Assembly (NCBI GenBank): GCA_002793855.1
Contig: PFET01000009.1
Coordinates: forward strand, 21,749-85,748
Origin: Candidatus Uhrbacteria bacterium CG10_big_fil_rev_8_21_14_0_10_48_11
GTDB taxonomy: Bacteria; Patescibacteriota; Patescibacteriia; GWA2-46-9
Length of the DNA stretch: 64,000 nt
Direction: 5' to 3'
Shown: positions 26,682 to 35,354 of the stretch, piece by piece
Position numbering within the stretch: position 1 is the stretch's first letter
How the letters are laid out: the number at the start of each line of letters is the position of its first letter
Translations under genes and position numbers: made by a program
Notes under the pieces: generated by a model
What the model was told of the DNA's origin: nothing
The model's input: only the letters and a program-made list of their open reading frames with translations
Database searches by the model: none

Positions 26682-28607
26682 CTACGATACCGTAGCTCTA
26701 ATTCTACGAATTCCTCGCGAAACCGCTTCCTCTTTCTTAATCTTTACCTTCCCCACTTGCGCTGTGTGCGCCACATGAGGACCGCCACATACTTCTTTAC
26801 TAAAATCGCCAACTGTGTACACCTTCACTTTTTCTCCGTAACGATCTTCAAACAACCCCAAAGCGCCGAGTTTCTCCGCCTCGGCAAAGGTCATTTCTTT
26901 CCATGAAACAGGCAAATCAGCTTCAACGGCACCGTTTACTTCACGTTCTATTGCTTCGAGCTGCTCTGACGTTACTTTTTCATTGTGCGAAAAATCAAAT
27001 CGAAGTCTATCGCGAGTTATGTTTGAGCCTTTTTGGAATACGTGCTTACCAAGTACTCTACGAAGTGACTCGTGCAAAAGGTGAGTAGCAGTATGCAAAC
27101 GAGTGCATTCCCATGAATCGTCAGCAAGTCCGCCATGAAATTTTTTTATCTCCCCGCCTTTAGAGAGTAGCTGATGCTGCTCGAATTCTTGCTTAAACTC
27201 TTCAAGTATTTTCTCTCTGTCAAAAAAATTTTCGGCATTTTCAAGCCCTAATTCCGGTAAAATAACACGTTCTACTTCTTCTAAACTTAACTCTACTGGA
27301 AAACCATAGGTCGCATACATTGTAAACAAATCACGACCAGTTAACCGCTTTCCTGCAGTTAAAATAGTGTCGTTCACAATTTTACGCAGCTCCCGCTCAC
27401 CTCGAACCAAAGTCTGGCGAAACTTTTGTTCTTCCGCGCCGATAGCTTCAGCTATTAGCTGCTGGCGCTTAACCAAGTACGGATAAACTTCTTCATACGC
27501 TTGCACAACCGGCCTTACCAATCGATGTAAGGTGTTAGGCTCCATTGCCAACATGTCCGCGTGTCGCACCACGCGCCGCAAGAGACGTCGAACCACATAT
27601 CCTTGCTCTTTATTGGACGGTTCCGCACCATCGCCTATCAAAAAAACGCTTGCGCGAATATGATCGGCAATTACCCGAAAGGACCACTTGAGCGCAGGGG
27701 CACAGTTAGCGTAAGATTGCCCCGATAGCTGTTCTATCTGTTGAACAGTGAAGTGCAAACCTTCAACGGTCGAAAACACATCGGGATTATTGTTAGCAGC
27801 CGCGGTCAATCGTTCTAGCCCACCTCCAAAATCGACATTTCTTTGCGGAAGCGGATCAAACCCGGTTTTTGTTCTTTGGTATTCCATAAAAACCGAATTG
27901 CCAATCTCCATAAAACGGCCACAGTCGCAATTTGGATGACAAAACGCTCCATAGGCAGGATCGTGTTTGATTTCAGTAAATTCGTAAAAGATTTCACTAT
28001 CAGGTCCTCCGGGTTCACCCTCTGGCATTTTGTCAGGCAACCCAACTCTGCTCCACCAATTTTTTGACGCATCGTAATAAAAAATTCTTCCCCCTTTCAT
28101 GCCATTGCGAGAACCTTCCTCAATGGAACCAATAACGACATCTTTCGCGTCGATTCCTTTTTCTTTAAAAAGGCTTTTCCATAGAGCAACAGACTCGTCG
28201 TCTCGCGGAATACTATTTTCTTCACTGCCGGAAAACACAGTAACATAGAGATGCTTCGGATCTATGCCAAGCTTCTCTGTCAAAAAAACAAAGCACCATG
28301 GAAGTTGTTCAGCTTTAAAATAGTCTCCAAGTGACCAGTTGCCGAGCATTTCAAAAAAAGTGGTGTGACGATTGTCCCCCACCTCCTCCATATCTTCCGC
28401 GCGAAAACATTTTTGCGAATCAGCCAACCGCTTCCCTTCCGGATGCTGCTCTCCAAGAAGATACGGTATTAACACCTGCATTCCCGAACCGGTAAATAGT
28501 GTGGTAGGGTCGTTGTCTGGGATGAGTAACCCAGAAGCAATAACTCGATGCTCCAAATCAGCAAAATAGGAAAGATATTTTTTTCTGATTTCGTTTGCTG
28601 TCATAGT
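26682..28607 (-). CDS. alaS: Alanine--tRNA ligase, short form that ends after the editing domain, with no C-Ala domain.
   Basis: The class II core is present: FTGSGMQ...RHTTFFEMLGNWSLGDYFK. Editing-domain motifs HTATHLLH and CGGPHV are present. It is 641 aa from MTANEIRKKY. Confidence 0.85.
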   Translation of the reverse strand, partial: TMTANEIRKKYLSYFADLEHRVIASGLLIPDNDPTTLFTGSGMQVLIPYLLGEQHPEGKRLADSQKCFRAEDMEEVGDNRHTTFFEMLGNWSLGDYFKAEQLPWCFVFLTEKLGIDPKHLYVTVFSGSEENSIPRDDESVALWKSLFKEKGIDAKDVVIGSIEEGSRNGMKGGRIFYYDASKNWWSRVGLPDKMPEGEPGGPDSEIFYEFTEIKHDPAYGAFCHPNCDCGRFMEIGNSVFMEYQRTKTGFDPLPQRNVDFGGGLERLTAAANNNPDVFSTVEGLHFTVQQIEQLSGQSYANCAPALKWSFRVIADHIRASVFLIGDGAEPSNKEQGYVVRRLLRRVVRHADMLAMEPNTLHRLVRPVVQAYEEVYPYLVKRQQLIAEAIGAEEQKFRQTLVRGERELRKIVNDTILTAGKRLTGRDLFTMYATYGFPVELSLEEVERVILPELGLENAENFFDREKILEEFKQEFEQHQLLSKGGEIKKFHGGLADDSWECTRLHTATHLLHESLRRVLGKHVFQKGSNITRDRLRFDFSHNEKVTSEQLEAIEREVNGAVEADLPVSWKEMTFAEAEKLGALGLFEDRYGEKVKVYTVGDFSKEVCGGPHVAHTAQVGKVKIKKEEAVSRGIRRIRATVS

Positions 28608-28657
28608 ATTGCTAGTATATTGACAATTCTTTACCCTGACAAGATGGGTAAAAAACA

Positions 28658-29374
28658 TTGTATACTAAAAGCATGCCAGAACGAATTAATAAATTTATAG
28701 CGGCTCGAAGTCAATGGTCGCGCCGACAAGCAGACGAATTGATTGCTCGAGGTTTAGTAACCGTAAATGGAACGCCTGTAACCCCTGGTGCGACTGTCAC
28801 TGATGCCGATACGGTTACGGTCAATGGGATGACCATTTCTGCCCCGGCTGCGTTGCTCTATCTCATGCTTAATAAACCAATCGGCTATATTACCACGACT
28901 GATCGACGTATGTCCGACAATGTACTCGATCTTGTCCCTTCGACCCAAAGACTTTTTCCTGTTGGGCGTCTCGATGTGTTGTCCTCTGGATTACTACTAC
29001 TGACTAATGACGGCGAGCTCACGAACCGACTAACCCATCCTCGCTTTGAGCACGAAAAGGAGTATGTGGTTGAGGTCGATAAAACACTTACTGAGGACAA
29101 ACTTGATGTACTGCGACACGGTATTCGTTTACGCGATAAACTAACTTTACCAGCTAAAGTACGGCGACTTACCGACCGCGGATTCAGTATCGCTATCAGA
29201 GAGGGTAAAAATAGACAAATTAGAAGGATGTGTGAGTATGTTGGATATAACGTAATAAATCTACGCAGAACCAGAGTGCTTTCACTCTCTCTGGGCAACC
29301 TAACGGTTGGCCGCTGGCGCTATCTGTCCGCTGAAGAGATAACACACCTTCGCCGCGACACAGGACTGCTTTAG
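28658..29374 (+). CDS. RsuA/RluB-family rRNA pseudouridine synthase with an S4 domain.
   Basis: S4 motif INKFIAARSQWSRRQADELIARGLVTVNG and catalytic GRLDVLSSGLLLLTNDGEL. A later start at MPERINKF (28673) is possible. Confidence 0.75.
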   Translation: MYTKSMPERINKFIAARSQWSRRQADELIARGLVTVNGTPVTPGATVTDADTVTVNGMTISAPAALLYLMLNKPIGYITTTDRRMSDNVLDLVPSTQRLFPVGRLDVLSSGLLLLTNDGELTNRLTHPRFEHEKEYVVEVDKTLTEDKLDVLRHGIRLRDKLTLPAKVRRLTDRGFSIAIREGKNRQIRRMCEYVGYNVINLRRTRVLSLSLGNLTVGRWRYLSAEEITHLRRDTGLL

Positions 29375-30456
29375 TCCGCTGCAATGATACCCCCCCCAAC
29401 GACCCTATCTTTATCGTACACAACAAGTGATTGGCCTGGCGCTACAGCACGTTGTGGTTCAGTAAAGCGAAAACGACAGCCCGTCTCTTCATGCGCAATG
29501 CACTCCACTTTTTGCAATGGTTGGCGATAACGTATACGCGCACTGTACTTCATTCCAATTTTTGGTGATTCGTTTATCCAATGCTCTTTTTCAATACGTA
29601 CCATTTTTCTATACAGCACCTTATCACTATTTCCCTCAGCTACTGTTACTACATTATTCTCAATATCTGTTCCGGCAACGTAATACGGTAGTTTTGCATT
29701 AAGGGCAAGACCATGACGCTGACCGATTGTATACAACGCTGCACCTTTATGCCCACCCACTACTTCCCCACTCGCAGTAATAACTTTGCCATCTTTTTGG
29801 GGTATCCTCGTCTGTAGAAATGTTTCCAGCGGCACTTTACCAATAAAGCAAATACCCTGAGAATCGGGCTTTTGTGCATTAGGAAGGTTTATTTGCAAAG
29901 CGAGCTTACGAACTTGCGCTTTCTTGAGTTCGCCAACAGGGAAAAAACTGTGGGCCAACGCAAATTGTGTAAGTGCCCATAAGAAGTACGATTGATCTTT
30001 TGTGGAATCGACACCAGCTAAAAGTTGTGCTCCTGATTGGTGCTGCTCGACTCGCGCATAGTGGCCCGTCGCTATTGCGTCGGCTCCTTCATAAAGGGCA
30101 CGCTTTAAAAAAGAGTCAAACTTGATAATACGATTGCATAACACATCAGGATTTGGTGTTCTTCCAGCTGCGTACTCTTGGAAAAAATTATCCACTACTG
30201 CACGCTGATATTCTTCGACGAAGTCATACGTTTTAAAAGGTATACGTAGCATGGCAGCAACTGCCAGAGCGTCCCGCCTCTCTTTTCGCCAGCTGCAACT
30301 GTCGTTAAATTGCAATCCCGAATCTGTCTGTAATCCTTCCCAACATTTTAAATAAACGCCTGTTACGTCGTACCCTTTTTGCTGCAACAAAAAAGCTGCG
30401 GTAGCCGAATCAACACCACCAGAAAGTCCTACATAAACTTTTTTCTTCTTATGCAT
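29371..30456 (-). CDS. mnmA: tRNA-specific 2-thiouridylase.
   Basis: PP-loop VGLSGGVDSATAA and the C-terminal MnmA domain are present. Confidence 0.85.
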   Translation of the reverse strand: MHKKKKVYVGLSGGVDSATAAFLLQQKGYDVTGVYLKCWEGLQTDSGLQFNDSCSWRKERRDALAVAAMLRIPFKTYDFVEEYQRAVVDNFFQEYAAGRTPNPDVLCNRIIKFDSFLKRALYEGADAIATGHYARVEQHQSGAQLLAGVDSTKDQSYFLWALTQFALAHSFFPVGELKKAQVRKLALQINLPNAQKPDSQGICFIGKVPLETFLQTRIPQKDGKVITASGEVVGGHKGAALYTIGQRHGLALNAKLPYYVAGTDIENNVVTVAEGNSDKVLYRKMVRIEKEHWINESPKIGMKYSARIRYRQPLQKVECIAHEETGCRFRFTEPQRAVAPGQSLVVYDKDRVVGGGIIAAD

Positions 30457-30499
30457 TTACAGCCTCGCCAGCTAAGTTAAACTCTATACTACCATGCTT

Positions 30500-30733
30500 C
30501 TAGATTCTATCGGCATATCGCAGCACAGACACAAAAAATACAAGAAAAAAAACAGCAAACACCATTATAAGCGATCGGCCATGATGAATCTTTTGCTCAA
30601 TAGTAAATGCCGCAAAAGTAGCAAATGCGCCCCAGACAATCGATGGTTGCACATTTTTACGCGAAAAAAGCGTGTCTTCTTTTAAATGAATCTTCTCGCT
30701 CTTTTTTGCTACGTAATCAGACTCGTACTTCAT
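30500..30733 (-). CDS. Small 2-TM membrane protein, the last gene of the candidate operon.
   Basis: Its 77 aa include two hydrophobic helices. It starts 2 nt after the ATPase stop. Confidence 0.35.
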   Translation of the reverse strand: MKYESDYVAKKSEKIHLKEDTLFSRKNVQPSIVWGAFATFAAFTIEQKIHHGRSLIMVFAVFFLVFFVSVLRYADRI

Positions 30734-30735
30734 TG

Positions 30736-32550
30736 CTAACTTAACGTAATCGTTTGGCCTGGTTGCACGATACTTCCCTTTGAGGTATTTTGTTCATTTG
30801 TTTCTCTTGCACTTTTCAGATGCTCATCGCCTTGCTTTTTTTCTACAAATGGTTCAGCTTCTTTTTGTTTAACCTCATCGTCACTTTTATTTTCTATTGC
30901 AACTACGTTATTGATCACCAGAGGTATTTTCTCTTTTACGACGGCTGGTTTACTTGCTGGAACCGCACCCTGTCTGCCTTTCGCTCGCTCACTGCGTATG
31001 CGACTGAGGCACTCTTTGCAGTAAACAGGGCGTTTTCCATCTGGCTTAAAAGACAGCTTAGTAGGCTTACCGCACTCATTACAAACCGCATCATAGCTTA
31101 ACACGTTCTTTACTGGTTCGCTGGCTAATAACTGTTTCGCCTCAGACTGAGTTGCCGTCTTTGGCACTGCTGTTTTGTGGCTAGTAACAACTTGCGCACT
31201 TCTAGATCGTTCTGTTCTCGGAGGCGCGGAACTGGCAGCTTTGTGCAAATCTACGGCTTCTTGTTCGAGGGTACTTGCCCAGCGCGAAATCTTGTCTTCG
31301 ATAATTTCTCGCTCTTTTGCGTACCGCTCTCTAGACACACGAATAACTTTTTCACGATTACCGTAATTATTCGCTACCGGCTTAAGCGTATTTGCGGAAA
31401 ATGGCGTTGAGGCAACGCCATCAATCATTAACTTAAGGTAAATCTGCCACTTTGCTAGGTTAACCAAATCTTCTTCAGTGAAATAAGGGCTAAACTCTTT
31501 AACCAACAACTCCGCGTCAGTAGCGCCTACACGAAAGCATACAATCGTACCAACGTTACCAAAAACGGCAGCCTGCACTTCCTCGTCTAACTGTTCGACG
31601 TACTGATGTGCGATAATAAGGTTGAGGCGGTACTTACGGGCCTCTGACAAAATATTTGCAAACGACTCGGTGGCAAAGTTTTGAAATTCGTCGACATAAA
31701 GATAAAAATCTTTTCGCTCTTCTTCTGGCGTATCAATACGACCCATAGCTGCCAATTGAATTTGCGTAATCATCATTGCTCCCAGTAGAGCAGAAGTATC
31801 TTCTCCAATTCTTCCTTTTGATAAATTCAAAATAAGAATTTTTTGATTATCCATGATGTCACGAATATCAATAGAAGACTTTACCTGTCCCACAACATTG
31901 CGAATGAGAGCATTGGACAAAAACTGCCCAACTTTATTCTGAATTGGCGCAATAGCTTCCGCCTGAAAACGATCTGGATACTTTGAATATTCGTCTACCC
32001 AAAAACTTCTCACGACTGGATCCTGAATTTTTTCAATGACGCGTTTACGGTACGCTTTGTCCGTCAAAATGCGCAGTACACCAAGTAATGTTGATCCTGG
32101 ATAATCGAGTAAGGCGAGAATGGCATTCCGAAGCACGTACTCAAGTCGCGGTCCCCAAGAATCTGCCCAAATCTTTTTAAACACACCTACCAGTCCAGAA
32201 GCGATAAGATGCCGCACTTCGGGATTAACAGATTCTAAAATATTAAAAGCGATGGGAAAATTTAAATCTGCGGGGTTGAAATACACCACGTCATTTACCC
32301 TATTTGAAGGTATGAGCGGTAGTGTAGCTTCGGCCAGCTCACCGTGCGGATCAATAACCGCAATGCCGTTACCCGCCATAATGTCTGAATACACCATCTG
32401 CTTCAAAAGTTCAGACTTGCCCATACCGGTTTTACCGATAATGTACATGTGGCGACGCCGATCATCCCGTCGAATACCAAAAAGGCGGCACTTATCTCGG
32501 TAGTTCGTTTCAGCAAAAAAAGTTATATCTTGGTTGTTTGTGTTTAGCAT
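30736..32550 (-). CDS. Soluble P-loop ATPase related to the TraG/VirD4/TraD coupling-protein family. It has no N-terminal TM segment and carries a C-terminal Zn ribbon.
   Basis: Walker A IIGKTGMGKS is followed by VIDPHGEL. Walker B and the family signature read YLYVDEFQNFATES...ARKYRLNLIIAHQYVEQLDEEVQAAVFGNVGTIVCFRVGATDAELLVKEFS (compare the TraG-D_C pattern DEFxNL...Q...QL...N.gt.i.f). The C-terminal zinc ribbon is CNECGKPTKLSFKPDGKRPVYCKEC, followed by a Lys/Glu-rich tail. Confidence 0.6.
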   Translation of the reverse strand: MLNTNNQDITFFAETNYRDKCRLFGIRRDDRRRHMYIIGKTGMGKSELLKQMVYSDIMAGNGIAVIDPHGELAEATLPLIPSNRVNDVVYFNPADLNFPIAFNILESVNPEVRHLIASGLVGVFKKIWADSWGPRLEYVLRNAILALLDYPGSTLLGVLRILTDKAYRKRVIEKIQDPVVRSFWVDEYSKYPDRFQAEAIAPIQNKVGQFLSNALIRNVVGQVKSSIDIRDIMDNQKILILNLSKGRIGEDTSALLGAMMITQIQLAAMGRIDTPEEERKDFYLYVDEFQNFATESFANILSEARKYRLNLIIAHQYVEQLDEEVQAAVFGNVGTIVCFRVGATDAELLVKEFSPYFTEEDLVNLAKWQIYLKLMIDGVASTPFSANTLKPVANNYGNREKVIRVSRERYAKEREIIEDKISRWASTLEQEAVDLHKAASSAPPRTERSRSAQVVTSHKTAVPKTATQSEAKQLLASEPVKNVLSYDAVCNECGKPTKLSFKPDGKRPVYCKECLSRIRSERAKGRQGAVPASKPAVVKEKIPLVINNVVAIENKSDDEVKQKEAEPFVEKKQGDEHLKSARETNEQNTSKGSIVQPGQTITLS

Positions 32551-32556
32551 AACCTT

Positions 32557-33981
32557 CTAAGCTGTCGGTAAATCTGCGGGTGGTTTTGGATTTACCTCTC
32601 CTTCCTGCCGCTTCGTCTCACTGGGGTAATTAGTGCCAATTTCGCTCGCGTAGGGCAAAGTAACTGGTGGGGAGGTGTGCTTAAAGTCCGTCTTTTGAAC
32701 TGCTGCTCTAATGGGGGTCGTTTCAGTCATCATTGGAAAATGCCAAAGTGTGGCCAACTCTTCGATATTCATAACATACGGTTCTCGGCCAAACTCAAAC
32801 TCACGCTCTTTGTATCGATGCATCAGTTTTCTGCGCTTCAAATTTTTTCGCCAATCGGTAAAAAAGTAGTTAGCATGAACGCCGACGTGTTTTGTGTCAG
32901 GCTTAAGAGAATTTAAGTTTTCGGTGTTAAATTGCTTAATGGCGCCAATGAACGCCTCACGTCCATGCTGTACATTAAACCGTTCTTTGGTGGCAATATA
33001 AACAAATCGAATTTTTGTTTCGTAGCCTATCTTTTTGACCTTCATTGACATCGCCTCAATACGATCCCTGTCGTAGGGCGAAAGTAGCAATAACCCGCCA
33101 AGTGAGCCTTTCTCCTGATGCCCCTCTTCGAGTACACCCGAACCACCACCAAATTGATTCGACGCGGACTGCCCAAACTTTTGAATTTCTCCTGCGATGC
33201 TAGACAGTAGCGAGCCCGTCTCCTTTGCGTGACCCATAGTATCCTTAATTTTATGAATCACTTCTTTCTTCCACGAGTTTGTTATAGGCAAAATAATAAT
33301 CTGTAGCCACAGCTGTTCACCCGGACCAAGTTTACCCATTGTTTCTATAACAGCGTTCATCGGGTCTTTCATCTCTTTACTCATTATGTGCTCAAACTCT
33401 ACGTAGGTACGAATAGGTAGCGCCTCATTCTCTACATAAACGACCTCTGTACCGTACATATCATAGCGCTCGTCGGGATACACCGTCGGATACCCCTCCA
33501 CATAATCTTCTACTTCAGTAATTTGAGCGTCTGGATACTGACTATACACCGCCGCTTCCACTAAGTCTCGGAACTTGTCAACCGTTCTAATCAAAAACTG
33601 AACGTATCCTTCAATACTTACAATTTCTAAAGAGAAGGACTCCTGCACGGCACCATACCAATATTTTTCCAGCATTGTTTTTGTGCCATGTGCACCAGCA
33701 AGATGAGCAAAAATATTTTCAACTGCTTTTGGTGATTGCACGTTATCTCGTGGCACATCTATCGCCAGAAGTACCCAATGACACTTTTGTCTTTGGTACT
33801 CTCTCTTAATGTAGCGCATCCAAAAAAACCATCCGAGCCGCACAAAAGCAATAACAAAAATAATCCACCCACCGTGAATCACCAAATAGAAAAAAAGTTC
33901 CCAGCTAGCAATGAGCGGAGAAGCGCCGTATATGGCTGCATGCAGTAACTCAGCAAAACGTGACGGTGTTGCAACGTCCAT
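32557..33981 (-). CDS. Membrane protein with 2 N-terminal TM helices and an uncharacterised soluble domain of about 400 aa.
   Basis: Hydrophobic helices LIASWELFFYLVIHGGWIIFVIAFV and WFFW lie near the N-terminus. The rest has no motif I recognise. It is wedged between the regulator and the ATPase with gaps of 3 nt and 6 nt. Confidence 0.45.
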   Translation of the reverse strand: MDVATPSRFAELLHAAIYGASPLIASWELFFYLVIHGGWIIFVIAFVRLGWFFWMRYIKREYQRQKCHWVLLAIDVPRDNVQSPKAVENIFAHLAGAHGTKTMLEKYWYGAVQESFSLEIVSIEGYVQFLIRTVDKFRDLVEAAVYSQYPDAQITEVEDYVEGYPTVYPDERYDMYGTEVVYVENEALPIRTYVEFEHIMSKEMKDPMNAVIETMGKLGPGEQLWLQIIILPITNSWKKEVIHKIKDTMGHAKETGSLLSSIAGEIQKFGQSASNQFGGGSGVLEEGHQEKGSLGGLLLLSPYDRDRIEAMSMKVKKIGYETKIRFVYIATKERFNVQHGREAFIGAIKQFNTENLNSLKPDTKHVGVHANYFFTDWRKNLKRRKLMHRYKEREFEFGREPYVMNIEELATLWHFPMMTETTPIRAAVQKTDFKHTSPPVTLPYASEIGTNYPSETKRQEGEVNPKPPADLPTA

Positions 33982-33984
33982 AGA

Positions 33985-35199
33985 TTAGGCTTGCTGAACA
34001 AGATGGTAATTACCTTCTTTGTCTTTCGTAAACATTGTAGAATTGAGAAGCGCCAAATGAATTGTCTGTTTCTTTACCATTCGTCGTTCAAGTACGGCGC
34101 GTACTATCTGCTCTCGCTTCATACTGCCCTCTTTTTGAAGCAACTCACGAACAACATCAACTACGGTACCTGGCTGGTATCCCCACTCTCTAAGCGCGTA
34201 AAGCCCACGGCCAACAAGAACAAACCGTTTGTCTAAAATGAGTTCGTTATGAACCGATGGCGCCTTGGCAACTTTCGAATCAAAATGCATCGAATTAATT
34301 TTTTCGGTAATCACATTAAAATGTAAGGGCTTTCCGTGATGCCGAAGAATTAAATAAATTTTATCATTCATTCGTCGCGGATGAATGGTTTGCCAAGAAC
34401 GCATCCCCCACTCTCCAAAAATATTCTGCGCAAGCTCACCAGCTGCTGATAAATAGGCGGTCAGGACGCGATTTTCTTCCTCGGTAGTTGGTGGGTCATT
34501 TGTACCCGGAGAGCCAATAAACTCTCTTGCAATATGTACTGGTTCAGCCACTAGTTGTTGACGGCGCTCAAGGTAAAAAGGTTGTTGCCGAAAGCGTTGT
34601 AGAAGATCGCCACGCTCTATCGGGTATCCTACCGTTTTTATTGCTTCCACAAACGATTCTACTGCTCCCTTTAGTAATGCTGTATCAACGCCAGTTAAAA
34701 CATAAATTGGGCGAAGACAAACATCGTCTTCCCGGTATTCAACAAAACCATCAAGTAAATGGTCGAGCAAAAAATGTAGGCAGGCTTTTGTCGAAGCTTC
34801 ATGTTTTTCGTCACCGATCCTTCCTTGCGAGTAATCCAGGAGCTGATCTATAAAAAAAACTGCCTCTAACGCGCCTCCGTAACTACGCAACAGGTATTCT
34901 GTTGTTCTGATGAACAACTTTAGCTCCTCGTTCTTTGCGGAGAGCGCCCGCAATTTGTCTACAGAAGATTTAGCAATTTGACGGATACGTTCTCTGGTAA
35001 CCGATAACTGATCTCCAATCTCTTCCAGCGTTTCTGTTTGACCCCCTTCTGGAATTGCAAATCTGCGACGAACAACATCGGCCTCGCGGTCCGCTAGGGT
35101 GCTAAGCAGATGATTCACTACCGCGACAGGGTCAAACGTACGTATTTCTTCTGCGTGTCGCTGGGCAATTAATTTATCTAAAATACTATACTCTGACAT
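33985..35199 (-). CDS. Putative DNA-binding or transcription protein. It has an N-terminal sigma-70 region-4 helix-turn-helix and a C-terminal HARE-HTH-like winged helix.
   Basis: Residues about 35-85 read LADREADVVRRRFAIPEGGQTETLEEIGDQLSVTRERIRQIAKSSVDKLR, matching sigma-70 region 4.2. Residues about 290-360 read IYLILRHHGKPLHFNVITEKI........ILDKRFVLVGRGLYALREWGY, matching the HARE-HTH pattern of RpoE/delta (Pm.f.ei...DgRF..lg.g.WgLr.W). Confidence 0.55.
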   Translation of the reverse strand: MSEYSILDKLIAQRHAEEIRTFDPVAVVNHLLSTLADREADVVRRRFAIPEGGQTETLEEIGDQLSVTRERIRQIAKSSVDKLRALSAKNEELKLFIRTTEYLLRSYGGALEAVFFIDQLLDYSQGRIGDEKHEASTKACLHFLLDHLLDGFVEYREDDVCLRPIYVLTGVDTALLKGAVESFVEAIKTVGYPIERGDLLQRFRQQPFYLERRQQLVAEPVHIAREFIGSPGTNDPPTTEEENRVLTAYLSAAGELAQNIFGEWGMRSWQTIHPRRMNDKIYLILRHHGKPLHFNVITEKINSMHFDSKVAKAPSVHNELILDKRFVLVGRGLYALREWGYQPGTVVDVVRELLQKEGSMKREQIVRAVLERRMVKKQTIHLALLNSTMFTKDKEGNYHLVQQA

Positions 35200-35266
35200 G
35201 ATTTTATGGGCTAATACAAAAGATCAAAAATACTATCTTATTTTATGTGCTATTTTAAATTTCCGA

Positions 35267-35302
35267 TAAAATTATAATAGCATAAAACGAATAATCTGTC
35301 AA
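35267..35302 (-). promoter_or_regulatory. Near-consensus sigma-70-type promoter for the operon beginning at 35199.
   Basis: The minus strand reads TTGACA (35302-35297), then a 17-nt spacer, then TATTAT (35279-35274). That is about 70 nt upstream of the ATG. Confidence 0.45.
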
Positions 35303-35354
35303 CGTCAAAGCGACGCAGTCTAGCTTCGCTTCCTACATCTCTAAACTTGTAAAA

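Noticed and set aside
35300-35335. Inverted repeat AAGCGA-N12-TCGCTT downstream of secF.
   Set aside because: It is a short 6-bp stem with no U-tract on the relevant strand. It overlaps the region of the -35 element called for the downstream operon.
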